DNA of 63,767 nucleotides, the filler included, from Octopus bimaculoides (lineage: Eukaryota): NCBI RefSeq assembly GCF_001194135.2. It is 10 parts of 9 records of this genome, joined end to end, with 100 filler letters (N's around TTAATTAATTAA, not from the genome) between each part and the next. Parts side by side here need not be neighbours in the genome. Positions count along the whole stretch, not along the records: positions 34,164 to 43,721 come from NC_068981.1; positions 43,822 to 46,905 come from NC_068992.1; positions 47,006 to 50,108 come from NC_069010.1; positions 50,209 to 53,367 come from NW_026352164.1; positions 53,468 to 57,125 come from NC_068982.1; 5 more parts are not named here. One strand, given 5' to 3'. A model generated the notes under the pieces. That model saw only the letters and a list, made by a program, of their open reading frames with translations. It was not told the origin of the DNA and did no database searches. Positions 40,171 to 53,639 of this stretch are shown here, piece after piece (position 1 is the stretch's first letter; every line of letters starts with the position of its first letter). The position numbers and the translations under genes are program-made.

Positions 40171-41408
40171 CACGGTACGTAAGATATTTGAGGACAGATT
40201 TATGTTTATAAAAAAACAGATATATAATAACAGATAATAACTTTATTTATCAAAAAATGATATGAGGATAAAAATGAACCTTCTTTTCTATAATGTTATT
40301 CAATACAGCCACCTTCAGCTTCAACAGCTGCTTCTATATGAGATCTAAATCATCTTCATACTCAAATCAAGTGGTCCTGGTTCGTTTTGGACATTACTCT
40401 GACTATGGCAGCCTTCAAAAAATCTTTGGTGTTATAGGCATGTTCATTGACCTTTCTCTCAACAACACTCCACATGTAATAGTCCAATGGATTGAGATCT
40501 GGGATATTATGAGGTCAAATGTTAGGGGTCATGTGATCATGAAAATTTTCAGCCATTCATTCCTGTGTGATAGTGCAGAGTCTTATTGAAACACATATGG
40601 CCTTCCATTGCATACACTGTCTATCCATGGCTTAACAATTGTTTCTAGGATCTCATTGTAGGTGGCAGAGTTAACTCTAAGGCTTTGTGGAAAGAAGTGA
40701 GGAGGCATCACATGCCCTTCATTGCTGACAACCCCTAAAACTATGACAATTGCAGGAAATTTTGTATGCATAACACTTGTAACTTTAGAAGGGTTTGCAT
40801 ATAACCATCTGTCATTTCTTCTGTTAATTTTTTGATCTTAAGTTTTTCTCATTTGAGAAAAACCTAATCAAATCTTCTGCTGGATTTATCAGTTTGTTTG
40901 GGAACCTTTTAGATCTGATGTAGTGATTTTCATTTGCTTTTTCTGAAAAATTGACCTTCCTCATCATATAAGACATACACCTGATGTCTTCATGGACAAC
41001 ATTTCTGACTTCCTTCTGACACATGGAGATCTTTTGCAATTGACCTCATTGACTTTCTGGGATTGTAATCAATGGTCTGTTGAACTTGCTGGATAAATTC
41101 AAGGGTTCTTATGATTTCAGTGCATTTAGAATGCTTTTTATGCTTTGATACCAGTGATACGTTTCCATCTTCAGTTTCTAGCTCCTTACATACTTTGTAG
41201 ATGAAAGATCTGGCAACATTTAGAAACTGAGATATTTCTAAATCGCTATGCTCAACCTTTATAACCACAATAACAGCATGCTTCTTAATTTCTTGAATAA
41301 GCTGAGGGTCTGCCATTATTATTTTCTGAAACAAAGATTATACAAAGTTAGCAAAAAATACAGCAATAACCCCAAAAAGTTATATCCTCAAATACCTTAC
41401 GCACCCTG
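40171..41408 (-). mobile_element. Full-length decayed Tc1/mariner-superfamily transposon (maT/DD37D-like)
   Basis: TIRs CACGGTACGTAAGATATTTGAGGA / TCCTCAAATACCTTACGCACCCTG with TA flanks. Transposase relic 40296-41316 with NPRKSMRSIAKDL, FSNEK, GVVSNEGHVMPPHFF, RPYVFQ and PDLNPLDYYMW; frameshifted. Confidence 0.93.
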
Positions 41409-42401
41409 TATATATGTATGTATGTATATATATATATANNNNNNNNNNNNNNNNNNNNNNNNNNNNNNNNNNNNNNNNNNNNNNNNNNNNNNNNNNNNNN
41501 NNNNNNNNNNNNNNNNNNNNNNNNNNNNNNNNNNNNNNNNNNNNNNNNNNNNNNNNNNNNNNNNNNNNNNNNNNNNNNNNNNNNNNNNNNNNNNNNNNNN
41601 NNNNNNNNNNNNNNNNNNNNNNNNNNNNNNNNNNNNNNNNNNNNNNNNNNNNNNNNNNNNNNNNNNNNNNNNNNNNNNNNNNNNNNNNNNNNNNNNNNNN
41701 NNNNNNNNNNNNNNNNNNNNNNNNNNNNNNNNNNNNNNNNNNNNNNNNNNNNNNNNNNNNNNNNNNNNNNNNNNNNNNNNNNNNNNNNNNNNNNNNNNNN
41801 NNNNNNNNNNNNNNNNNNNNNNNNNNNNNNNNNNNNNNNNNNNNNNNNNNNNNNNNNNNNNNNNNNNNNNNNNNNNNNNNNNNNNNNNNNNNNNNNNNNN
41901 NNNNNNNNNNNNNNNNNNNNNNNNNNNNNNNNNNNNNNNNNNNNNNNNNNNNNNNNNNNNNNNNNNNNNNNNNNNNNNNNNNNNNNNNNNNNNNNNNNNN
42001 NNNNNNNNNNNNNNNNNNNNNNNNNNNNNNNNNNNNNNNNNNNNNNNNNNNNNNNNNNNNNNNNNNNNNNNNNNNNNNNNNNNNNNNNNNNNNNNNNNNN
42101 NNNNNNNNNNNNNNNNNNNNNNNNNNNNNNNNNNNNNNNNNNNNNNNNNNNNNNNNNNNNNNNNNNNNNNNNNNNNNNNNNNNNNNNNNNNNNNNNNNNN
42201 NNNNNNNNNNNNNNNNNNNNNNNNNNNNNNNNNNNNNNNNNNNNNNNNNNNNNNNNNNNNNNNNNNNNNNNNNNNNNNNNNNNNNNNNNNNNNNNNNNNN
42301 NNNNNNNNNNNNNNNNNNNNNNNNNNNNNNNNNNNNNNNNNNNNNNNNNNNNNNNNNNNNNNNNNNNNNNNNNNNNNNNNNNNNNNNNNNNATATATATA
42401 C

Positions 42402-42436
<35 letters not shown>

Positions 42437-42824
42437 TGTATGTATATATTTGTGTGTCTGTGTTTGTCTCCCCCACCATCACTTGACAATCGATGTTGGT
42501 GTGTTTACATCCCCGTAACTTAGCAGTTCAGCAAAAGACACTGATAGGATAAGTACCAGGCTTATAAAGAATAAGTCCTGGGGTTGATTTGTTCGACTGA
42601 AGGCAGTGCACCAGCATGGCTGCAGTCAAATGACTGAAACAAGTAAAAGAATAAGAAAATAAAAGAATATATATGTCACTTATGATTAGCAGAAATTTTT
42701 AATTGGCTTCAAGGGCCTGGAAATTCTATACATGGCACTTATACTCTGAACTCTTGAGTCACTTCATAATTTGTACTTATTAAAAAATTTAGAATACTCA
42801 GTGCTGTAAGAGTTCCAGTCTGCT

Positions 42825-42988
42825 TTATTCCCGTCAAGACCTTTGTCAGCTGCTCTCCAGTTATCTATTTAAGGCTGTATCTGGCTATGATGCGGCCACA
42901 CTTAAAATTTGTATCACCAGTCTGGAACCCCTATCTTGCTCAGGACATTGACCTCCTGGAAACTGTTCAGAGGCATACAACCAAGCAT
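42825..42988 (+). mobile_element. CR1-like LINE RT C-terminal fragment
   Basis: LYLAMMRPHLKFVSPVWNPYLAQDIDLLETVQRHTTK. Confidence 0.88.
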
Positions 42989-43635
42989 TCTTAGATGTGA
43001 CATTAGATATTAAAAATGAGACATATAGACCATATCATAAACCTTCCACTAACCTGAAATATATCAGTAAGTGGAGTAATCATCCTAGAAAAATTATCGA
43101 TAATTTAGTAAGAAATATTTCATTAAGAGTTTCTAAGTTATCTGCAAATGATAGGATTTTTGATAACGAAGCTCAATTCTATAATTCGGCATTAAATAGG
43201 GCAGGATACAAAGAGAAGGTTTACTATGTTGAACCTGACCGTAACAACATTAAGACAGATATGAATTATAAGAATAATATGAATAAGCTAAGAGGAAATA
43301 AGGAAAATAAACCCAGAGATATTCATAAACGTAACATAGGTAATTAAAATTTTTTAAAGAATTATACAAATGACTGTGATAACACTAAAGATGATAATAT
43401 ATGGTTCATAGTCCCTTTTGGTAGAAATGTTAAATCTAATTTGATTGCACAGCTTAGAGAGGTGATAAGTAGATATTTCCCAAAGAATTCACACTATGGT
43501 AAAATTATTAATACACATAGCATTAGGTTTGGTTTCTCAAACACTAAGAACTTAGCCCAAGTATTTGCAGCTCATAATTTTAAAATACTTAAATCAAAGG
43601 GAATTGGTGGGGATAGTGATGAGAACCCTGATATA
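42988..43635 (+). mobile_element. Penelope-like element fragment (RT C-terminus and linker)
   Basis: FLDVTLDIKNETYRPYHKP...SNHPRKII...FYNSALNRAGY and IWFIVPFG...RFGFSNTKNLAQ; followed by (AAT)n. Confidence 0.85.
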
Positions 43636-43699
<64 letters not shown>

Positions 43700-44960
43700 G
43701 TACTATGATTACAGTAACAGANNNNNNNNNNNNNNNNNNNNNNNNNNNNNNNNNNNNNNNNNNNNTTAATTAATTAANNNNNNNNNNNNNNNNNNNNNNN
43801 NNNNNNNNNNNNNNNNNNNNNAAAAGACACCATTTCGAGCGTGGCCGTTTTCGTGCGGGTGACACGTAAAAGCACCCACTACACTCTCTGAGTGGTTGGC
43901 GTTAGGAAGGGCATCCAGCTGTAGAAACTCTGCCAAATCAGACTGGAGCCTGGTGTTGCCATCCGGTTTCACCAGTCCTCAGTCAAATCGTCCAACCCAT
44001 GCTAGCATGGAAAGCGGACGTTAAACGATGATGATGATGATATGACATGCTTAATTATGATTTTTCATGCAAAACATTAACGTTCAATAGAGTATCCTAT
44101 GGTATGCTTTGGTTTCAAGTGCAGTTAGATGTTTTACTAGAATAACAGGAATGCATTAATTTACAAAGTTTAGGTGCACATCATTGCTTATGGATAATAT
44201 TTATTTTCAATTATGAATATTTATTTTTAATTATAAATGTTTGACTGGATTTTAATAACATTTTATTTTAATGACACTTAATTATAATAGAACAAAGGCC
44301 AGAGTCTTTTCCATATTCATATCTGAGAAATGAAGCCTGTGCTTGCTTGATACAAAGTCAGCCAGACCCATGATCTAAGATGTTTCAGTCAGGATTATCT
44401 TCTTTTTTTCTGATAATGTAATCTTAGTATCTAGGATTACTTTCTACAATCTGCCCTTCCATAGTTTTCTTTGTATTATCAATTTAGCTCAGAACATCTG
44501 GGGGTGTTCATCACTGAGAAGACCAAATTAGGTTGAAACGCCACATCTGGCAATTCACCGACATCCTGTGTTTTTAACACATGTGACTCTTTGAAAAAAA
44601 TTTCTGAGACAATAATGTTAAAACTAGAGCCAGTCTGTTATAAATTTTATACACACCAGTTTTTCAATCTGAAGCTGTTTCAAGTGAATGTATTAATTTA
44701 AACAATAAAAATATTTTGAAGGCGGTGAGCTGGCAGAAACATTAGCACGCCAGGTGAAATGCTTAACGGTACTTCGTCTGTCTTTACATTCTGAGTTCAA
44801 ATTCCACCGAGGTCGACTTTGCCTTTCATTCTTTCAGGGTCGATAAATTAAGTATCAGCTGCATACAGGGGTCAATCTAATTGACTGGCCCCTTCTCCCA
44901 AAATTTCAGGCCTTGTGCCTAGAATAGAAAAGAATAAAAATATTTTGAGTAAAACTAAAT

Positions 44961-45124
44961 GGTGCTATTTTAGTGTGTGGTTTACTGCAGTATTCATAGT
45001 CTACACTATAAAATGACCTGACCTGGGTTAGGGTTAGGAGTAGAGCTAGGGTTGGGGTTTAGGGTTAGTGTTAGATTGCATACTTAAGTGTAAATGGCCA
45101 AGTAGACTACACACTCGAGGCACC
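44961..45124. mobile_element. Small MITE-like element with internal degenerate TTAGGG repeats
   Basis: Imperfect TIRs GGTGC..AGTGTGTGGTTTACT / AGTAGACTACACACT..GCACC; AAAT on both flanks. Confidence 0.55.
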
Positions 45125-45193
45125 AAATAAATTCAATCTTTCTTCTTTTTCCTTCCTGATTTGATATTTTTCCTCTTTTATTTTCTTTATCAG

Positions 45194-45303
45194 GAATGGA
45201 TTGACGAAAATCTGAAATGGGAACCTGAAGTATACCAGGGTTTAAATATGATTGTAGTTCCTTCGGAACTCTTATGGGTACCGGACATATTTATTTTTAA
45301 CAC
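45194..45303 (+). CDS. Nicotinic acetylcholine receptor-type (Cys-loop cation channel) ligand-binding-domain exon
   Basis: TTTCTTTATCAG acceptor and GTAAGT donor; 110 nt, phase 0 to 2, like the conserved 110-nt nAChR exon; EWIDENLKWEPEVYQGLNMIVVPSELLWVPDIFIFNT. Confidence 0.93.
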
Positions 45304-45590
45304 GTAAGTAACACCTCATCATTGTCAAATTTTGTCCATGAAAACTTACTCACTTGAGATTGCATGTCATGTTGTTGTTTAGTTTTGGATCAGCAATGAT
45401 GAAGCAAATCTACAACTAAGCTATGCAATCGTTCTGATTTTAGTTCAGTCATGAGCAAACTGCAGTCTTCAGGAGCTTCTGAATTGCATGCCCAACAAAA
45501 GATTACCAAAAGTTTTTTTAGCAGTGCAGCCTATCTGATGATAACCCATCAGAAGAAAACTTTTGACGCAGTTTCAACTTTTTCAGTATT

Positions 45591-45626
<36 letters not shown>

Positions 45627-46160
45627 ATACGCATATACACATGCATACATACATATGTGTGTGAGTACTACATATATATAGGGTTTTAACTGGCCTTTTT
45701 AACATGTAAGGAGTCTTGTCAATGGTCCCCTTTGTGTATAAAAAATATTTTATACATTCTTGTATATATATATACATACATACATACATACATATATATN
45801 NNNNNNNNNNNNNNNNNNNNNNNNNNNNNNNNNNNNNNNNNNNNNNNNNNNNNNNNNNNNNNNNNNNNNNNNNNNNNNNNNNNNNNNNNNNNNNNNNNNN
45901 NNNNNNNNNNNNNNNNNNNNNNNNNNNNNNNNNNNNNNNNNNNNNNNNNNNNNNNNNNNNNNNNNNNNNNNNNNNNNNNNNNNNNNNNNNNNNNNNNNNN
46001 NNNNNNNNNNNNNNNNNNNNNNNNNNNNNNNNNNNNNNNNNNNNNNNNNNNNNNNNNNNNNNNNNNNNNNNNNNNNNNNNNNNNNNNNNNNNNNNNNNNN
46101 NNNNNNNNNNNNNNNNNNNNNNNNNNNNNNNNNNNNNNNNNNNNNNNNNNNNNNNNNNNN

Positions 46161-46199
<39 letters not shown>

Positions 46200-49100
46200 C
46201 ATGCACACACATATATATATATATATGCATATATATACATGTATATATACACACATACACACTACACTCATAAATATATACGTAAACAGTGCGTCTTACA
46301 TGTTTCTGCACAGTTTCCATCAACCCAATTTCACTCGCATGTCTCGCATCGACCCAAAAACGATATAGTGGAAGCTATTTGCTCAAGGTGCTGCGCATTG
46401 TAACTGAACCTGGAACCACGTGATAGCAAAGCTACTTTCTTAATCACAAAAAATAGCAAAAGATAGAGTGCTAGCAGTGCTCCTAATCTTCATTGATATA
46501 CGAGAATCTTGCCTGAAACTGAAGGGAATCTAAAGATTATTTAAAACTGTTCTGCTATTTCTTTACTAATTTCAATTATTGATTCAAATGGCCGTGCAGA
46601 GAAAATGGAATTGCTTTTGGCCGGGGGCGGCTCTGTGGAATTTGAGATGATAGAATGACAAAGAGAGAATTTCTTAGAATATATTTTACATAGCACATTC
46701 GGGAAATCTCTCTCTCTCTTTCGATTTATATAGACAATTTACACACGCACTCACTCACATATGATGTGCGTGTGTGTGTGTGTGTGTGTGTATTTATATA
46801 TAAATGTATAAATAATGTATAGAGTTGTAAACATATACATGTGCACATATATATATATACATACACACACACGCCCACATATATATATATATGTATATAT
46901 ATATANNNNNNNNNNNNNNNNNNNNNNNNNNNNNNNNNNNNNNNNNNNNTTAATTAATTAANNNNNNNNNNNNNNNNNNNNNNNNNNNNNNNNNNNNNNN
47001 NNNNNGGTGTAAACAACAAAAGGATGTATTAGTTTAACGCTCGGGAATAGAGAAAGTCTTTAACGTTTCGAGCTACGCTCTTCAACAGAAAGAATACGGA
47101 GAAAACAAGGAGAAAAACAGGGAGAAAAAAAATTGAATGTTTTGGTCAGCGATCAATCATGGCGATGTATATATGATTCGATTTTGTATCTCGTTTGCAA
47201 GATTCTTTATGTGAATTCGTGAATTGAAACAAATTTTCTTGTGCCTGAGTAGAGCCACACTGCCTTAATACCTAACACACTCACCAGTTCAGTTTCCAAT
47301 CATTTATTATTTATATTCTTTTTTAATATATTTTCTTCATATAAATAATAAATGAGTAGAAATTGAAGCGGAGAGTGTGTTAGATATTAAGGCAATATGA
47401 TCCCCCCACCACCAGACAACACAATATACGTGAGTATAAAAAAGCAGCGAGCTACCAGAAACATTAGGACACCGGGCGAAATGCTTAGCGGCATTTTGTC
47501 TGTCTTTACGTTCTGAGTTCAAATTCCAACGAGATTGACTTTGCCTTTCGTCATTTCGGGGTCGAAAAATTAAGTACCAGTTACGTACTAATGTCGGTCT
47601 AATCGACTGGCCCCTCCCCCAATATTTCAGGCCTTGTGTCGAGAGTAGAAAAAACATGTGTGTGTATATATACGTGTGTGTGTGCGTTCGTGCGTGTTCC
47701 CCACTACTGCTTGACAACTGGTACCGTAACTTGGCTGCTTATTGAAGGAAACCTACAGAATAGATACCGATATTAAAGAAGAAAAACAAAGTACCAGGAT
47801 CGATTTCATTCGATTAAAGATTTCTAAGGTAGTGCCCCAGCATGGTCGCAGTCTAATGACTAAAACAAGTATGAGACAAAAGAGAGACCCCTCTTGGGGG
47901 TCAATTAAACAAGTACCAGTTGAGCACTGGGTGTGATGCAATCGACTAGCCCTCTCCCATAACATCTCAGGTTTTGTGCCTATAACAAAAAGAATCGTTA
48001 TTAATAGCACCACAATCAAACAGGACAGCATGTATATGGTCCTTAGATGTGCTAGAAATAACAGCAACATCTCTCACAAAACACAGTCAACTGTCTTTCA
48101 AACAACAATACCATCAACAATCGGATCTTAGATATATATCATGTTATATGTGAATACAAATGTGATGAGTTCAAATTCCTCCGCGGTCGACTGTGCCTTT
48201 CATCCCCTCGACATTGCTGGCCTTGTGACGAAACTGTGAACCCATATACGTATAAGGCAGTGGTTCCCAACCTTTTCACTACCGAGGACCTCTTTTATTT
48301 TACATGAGGTTTCCCACTGACCCCAGGATATTGAAAGGTTTGTCAGCCTAACATGTTCACGGACCTCCAGTACTACATATACAGTACTTACACAAATATG
48401 CAGTAATGCCTAACTTTACGAGGACCAGCTGTACAAGACCTCAAGTTTACGAGTTTTATTTTTCAAGCACAAGATGCAAATTTTTAAAACTGAGTGCAAA
48501 AGTTTCAACTACCACAAGAAGCGCTTCTGCATGTTACTGAGAAGTTTATAGAGAGCGAAGAAAAGCCTCTTCTAAGCACAAAGTTATATGTGCATATATG
48601 TATCAAAGATGTTGTATCCATTCACCGTTAGACTGTGGTGACAGGGACAAACGCACACACACATATATGTATGTGTGTCTATATATATGTATATGCATAT
48701 GTATATGTGTGTGTGTGGGTATACAACCTTCAACAAAGTAACAGTCATGTATACACCTTGAACTGACACACATTTTCAGTACGTAAACATACGTTCACAT
48801 GTATATACACATGCACACACACACATAGACACGTCTACACACTTACCTAATTACACACACACATACATACATATAGGCAAACATACATACACACATACAT
48901 ACGTACATATATATATCATGAACTAACTGTTACTTTCTCAGATGCAGCACAGAATTTTGTCAGTGAACAGGTCGCGGTCTCAAAGCGACGAAAATATTTG
49001 GCAAATTAAATTTAAATGTTGAAATGAATCTAATGGTTTTTGTGTGTTTCTTAAATGGCTTATAAACACCTTCCATGCTGCAACTCTAAACTTGTTTTTT

Positions 49101-49809
49101 AAAAAGGTATTCTACAAGTCCGTCTATGAGTGCTTGTGAATGGGCGATCGCATCTACAAGTGACAGTGTGTATGAGTATAGTGCGAGTGAAAGTGATGCA
49201 GAAAACAATTATAAATAATATTTGTTATTATAAATGATCTTGACATTCTTCTTACTTTACATAAAATATTCTTTACATTCTACTGTTGTTTTCATCATCA
49301 TCATTGTTTAACGTCCGCTTTCCATGCTAGCATGGGTTGGACGATTTTACTGAGGACTGGCAAGCCAGAAGGCTGCACCAGGCTCCAATTTGATCTGGCA
49401 GAGTTTCTACAGCTGGATGCCCTTCCTAACGCTAACCACTCCGAGAGTGTAGTGGGTGATTTTACATGCCACCTGCACGGGAGCCAGTCCAACGGCACTG
49501 GCAGCGACCTCGCTCGAGTGACTTTCTAACGTGCCACCAGCACAAGTGCTAGAAGGCAACGCTGGTAACGATTACGCTCAAATGGTGCTATTTACGGGCC
49601 ACTAGCACGGAAGCCAGACAGTTGCTCTGGCAATGATCACGCTCGAACGGTGCTGTTAGTGCCCCACTGGCGCAGGTGCCAGTCATCGAGTATGGTTCAA
49701 TTACGATTTCACTTGCCCCAACAGGTCTTCGCAAGCAGGGTTTAGTGTCCAATGAAGGAGAGGTTGGCATGGGTGCCAGTCGTTGGATTCGGTTCATTGC
49801 CATTTATTT

Positions 49810-50108
49810 ACAAGTATTATAAGTTTTGTGGTGTTGTGTGCTGTGATGAGCTGTGTGTTGTGGTGGAGAGGCGTGAGGCAAACAGAGGTGAAGCCAGACC
49901 GGAAGTGTCAAATCGGAAGTCGGCGACACACGGTCGAAGGCTAGCACGTGGGGCCAGTGAGAAAACAGCGACGTTACGAGAAAGACGTGTTCTGATTAGG
50001 AGCGATCGTGTACCCCGCTGCGGTCGGCAATGTAACGTCCAACGCTTCATTCTGTCCTTTTGCTTCTTGTTGTCTTCTTCCTCCATCTCACCACAAGCTA
50101 TTTCGGCC
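49810..50108. promoter_or_regulatory. CpG-rich promoter-like segment
   Basis: Locally GC/CpG-rich; ACCGGAAGTG (49898-907), CGGAAGT (49914-20) and CACGTG (49945-50). Confidence 0.4.
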
Positions 50109-52112
50109 NNNNNNNNNNNNNNNNNNNNNNNNNNNNNNNNNNNNNNNNNNNNTTAATTAATTAANNNNNNNNNNNNNNNNNNNNNNNNNNNNNNNNNNNN
50201 NNNNNNNNAAGGAGTGGGAGAGAGGAAAGAGAGAGACAGAGAGAGACTACACCTGTGTTTGTCAAAACTGGTCAGTCTTCTCTCTCACACCACTCTTCTG
50301 TCTACCTAATTTTTGATTCACACAATTTTCCTTTGTCTTTTTAATACCCTATACCAACGCATGCACACACATGCGCCTGCGCACACACACACACACACAC
50401 ACACTCCAGGAGTACCCATGCCTACCCCTCTCCCTTCTACACACATACAACTAAATTTTCATTTATTTATACACAATCATCCAGAACTACATACAGATCA
50501 TGCCTGCTCCCCCTCCTCCCCCCACTGCCCATACACACACACTCACACACACTCACACATACAAACATATACACTTCAATGGTGTTCGGACAACACACAC
50601 ACACAGCCATTCATATCCTTGTACTTTCTGTTCAGTTTTTGGTTGTTTAAATATGTTGATTACANNNNNNNNNNNNNNNNNNNNNNNNNNNNNNNNNNNN
50701 NNNNNNNNNNNNNNNNNNNNNNNNNNNNNNNNNNNNNNNNNNNNNNNNNNNNNNNNNNNNNNNNNNNNNNNNNNNNNNNNNNNNNNNNNNNNNNNNNNNN
50801 NNNNNNNNNNNNNNNNNNNNNNNNNNNNNNNNNNNNNNNNNNNNNNNNNNNNNNNNNNNNNNNNNNNNNNNNNNNNNNNNNNNNNNNNNNNNNNNNNNNN
50901 NNNNNNNNNNNNNNNNNNNNNNNNNNNNNNNNNNNNNNNNNNNNNNNNNNNNNNNNNNNNNNNNNNNNNNNNNNNNNNNNNNNNNNNNNNNNNNNNNNNN
51001 NNNNNNNNNNNNNNNNNNNNNNNNNNNNNNNNNNNNNNNNNNNNNNNNNNNNNNNNNNNNNNNNNNNNNNNNNNNNNNNNNNNNNNNNNNNNNNNNNNNN
51101 NNNNNNNNNNNNNNNNNNNNNNNNNNNNNNNNNNNNNNNNNNNNNNNNNNNNNNNNNNNNNNNNNNNNNNNNNNNNNNNNNNNNNNNNNNNNNNNNNNNN
51201 NNNNNNNNNNNNNNNNNNNNNNNNNNNNNNNNNNNNNNNNNNNNNNNNNNNNNNNNNNNNNNNNNNNNNNNNNNNNNNNNNNNNNNNNNNNNNNNNNNNN
51301 NNNNNNNNNNNNNNNNNNNNNNNNNNNNNNNNNNNNNNNNNNNNNNNNNNNNNNNNNNNNNNNNNNNNNNNNNNNNNNNNNNNNNNNNNNNNNNNNNNNN
51401 NNNNNNNNNNNNNNNNNNNNNNNNNNNNNNNNNNNNNNNNNNNNNNNNNNNNNNNNNNNNNNNNNNNNNNNNNNNNNNNNNNNNNNNNNNNNNNNNNNNN
51501 NNNNNNNNNNNNNNNNNNNNNNNNNNNNNNCCACACATACGTAATCTGTGACAACAACATACACATTGCTCCCGTTCTCTATCTCCCCCTCTTCCTCTCT
51601 CGCTCTCGCAAACGTATACACGTGCAAGTAAACACAATCATTCACGTTCGTCAATGTGGCATAACTACAGAGTTGTACCCACCGACTTTGGAAGGTCATA
51701 ACTTTCAGAAAAATGAATATTTTTTAATGAAATTTTCTATGCATATATTATTTATTATGTAGATTCCGAATATACAAAAATTTTCAGTGAAAGTGTTTTG
51801 GGAGGAGGGTGTTGGACAATTTTCGGAAATTCCACTTAAATTCCTCTTAACTCTGTGTGTGTGTGTGTGTATGGTGGTGAGAAAGGGTCGTCTGGGTGTG
51901 CATGTATTTTTTTAATAGTTTTACTCTCTGGACCATGGCCATGCTGGAGTATTGCCTTCAGGGGGTCTTACTTTGCCTGGTGCTAATTTTAAAGATTTTG
52001 ATATAATGAATGGCTAAGTCTACCTTGGATTAAAGGGATATAACTTAGTCATGACAAATACTGCAAGATATTTTGTTCAACATACAAGTTTAAAGACAAT
52101 CCTCTAACATTA

Positions 52113-52150
<38 letters not shown>

Positions 52151-52164
52151 TAATTAAAGTTTGA

Positions 52165-52620
52165 CTAGTGACAAGCTACACCCAAATACCACATGTTCCC
52201 CCATACCCAGGGTTGGCAGCTGATGAAGAGAAGGACTGCTTTTAATGAAGCTCTTCTGTAAACTGTCTCAAAACCAGTTGGTGATGGTGACTTCTCTAAC
52301 CTAGCTGTTGATTTGGACAGACATGTTGGACAGCAGCATTTAGTGGATTCTTTAGAGGTCATGGGGGACGAGTAATGTGTATGGTACAAAAAAACAAAAC
52401 AAAAAGAGAAAGGGTCAACAATGCAGGACTTCTTTTATGCAATGGAAAGCCGAGTTCCTTTGCATAGTAGAGGCACTGGTACAATGAAAGCAATGGAAAG
52501 TCCAATGAATGGGGAGAAGTCAAAGAATTCTTCCAGTCACAGTTGTTTAAATGGTTCAAGAAATTAAGATTGACCATGGCTGCAATACAAGAGTCTGGCT
52601 GAAGTTAACAGGAAGAGAAT
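52165..52620 (+). mobile_element. Highly decayed RTE-like endonuclease relic
   Basis: Broken-frame similarity to P.VG..EEKD.F...GDF.GHVG...HGG. Confidence 0.45.
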
Positions 52621-53334
52621 AAACATCACTATCAGCGAATGCGGATTGAAAGAGATCAATTCTTGCTCAACTTATGATTCAAGATTTATAGCCCCTGGAC
52701 GGTCATTGGTCATTGATGTGTATTGACTTGCTCTGATATGTTGGTGTGAGACATGGCATTTGACACGCTTGAAAGACAACCAGCACATCCATGCATCACG
52801 CACACACACACACAGACGCACTCTCACACATTCACATACACATGTCTATGCGAGTGTGTGTGTCCTTGTGAAATTTATTTTGAAGGAAGGAAAAAGATTT
52901 ATAAGAATATTGGATTGGAAAAATGAAAGAGGCCTTCATTGCTAATTTGGAACCCCTTTTGGCTGACAGTCTCCTATGGGTGGCTGTATTTCTTCCAGAC
53001 ACAAAATGGTCACAGTACAGTGAGTCACCATTTTAGAAAAGAAAGCAAAACTGCCCCTCCATCCACCCTGCCAGCCATCGGACATAGTTGTGTCTCCATG
53101 GCTATATTGTTGTTGTTTAGAGACAAGTCAGACCAATACCTCAAGCCATTCACGACCATCCCATCTTCTTGGTTCTTCTGTATTAGTTTACCATGGAGTA
53201 TACTATCCAATGTGTCCTGTATTTAAGGTGTTGTTTGAGAGAAATCTGGCTGCTATTTCTAATAGGTCCATCAACTACATAGAGTTTCTCTCACTGGCTC
53301 ATCTTCACATGCGTGTATGTGTGTGTGCATGAGG

Positions 53335-53367
<33 letters not shown>

Positions 53368-53467
53368 NNNNNNNNNNNNNNNNNNNNNNNNNNNNNNNNN
53401 NNNNNNNNNNNTTAATTAATTAANNNNNNNNNNNNNNNNNNNNNNNNNNNNNNNNNNNNNNNNNNNN

Positions 53468-53501
<34 letters not shown>

Positions 53502-53639
53502 CTGGAAGGTCAGGGCTGGAATGTCTTTTCATCATAGCTGCTTGATCAGGACTGATCTGGAATTAAATAACAAGAACAATAACAGTGACGTTGATGAAGT
53601 TAGAAGTTAACAACTCAGTTTGGAACATATAATTATCAT

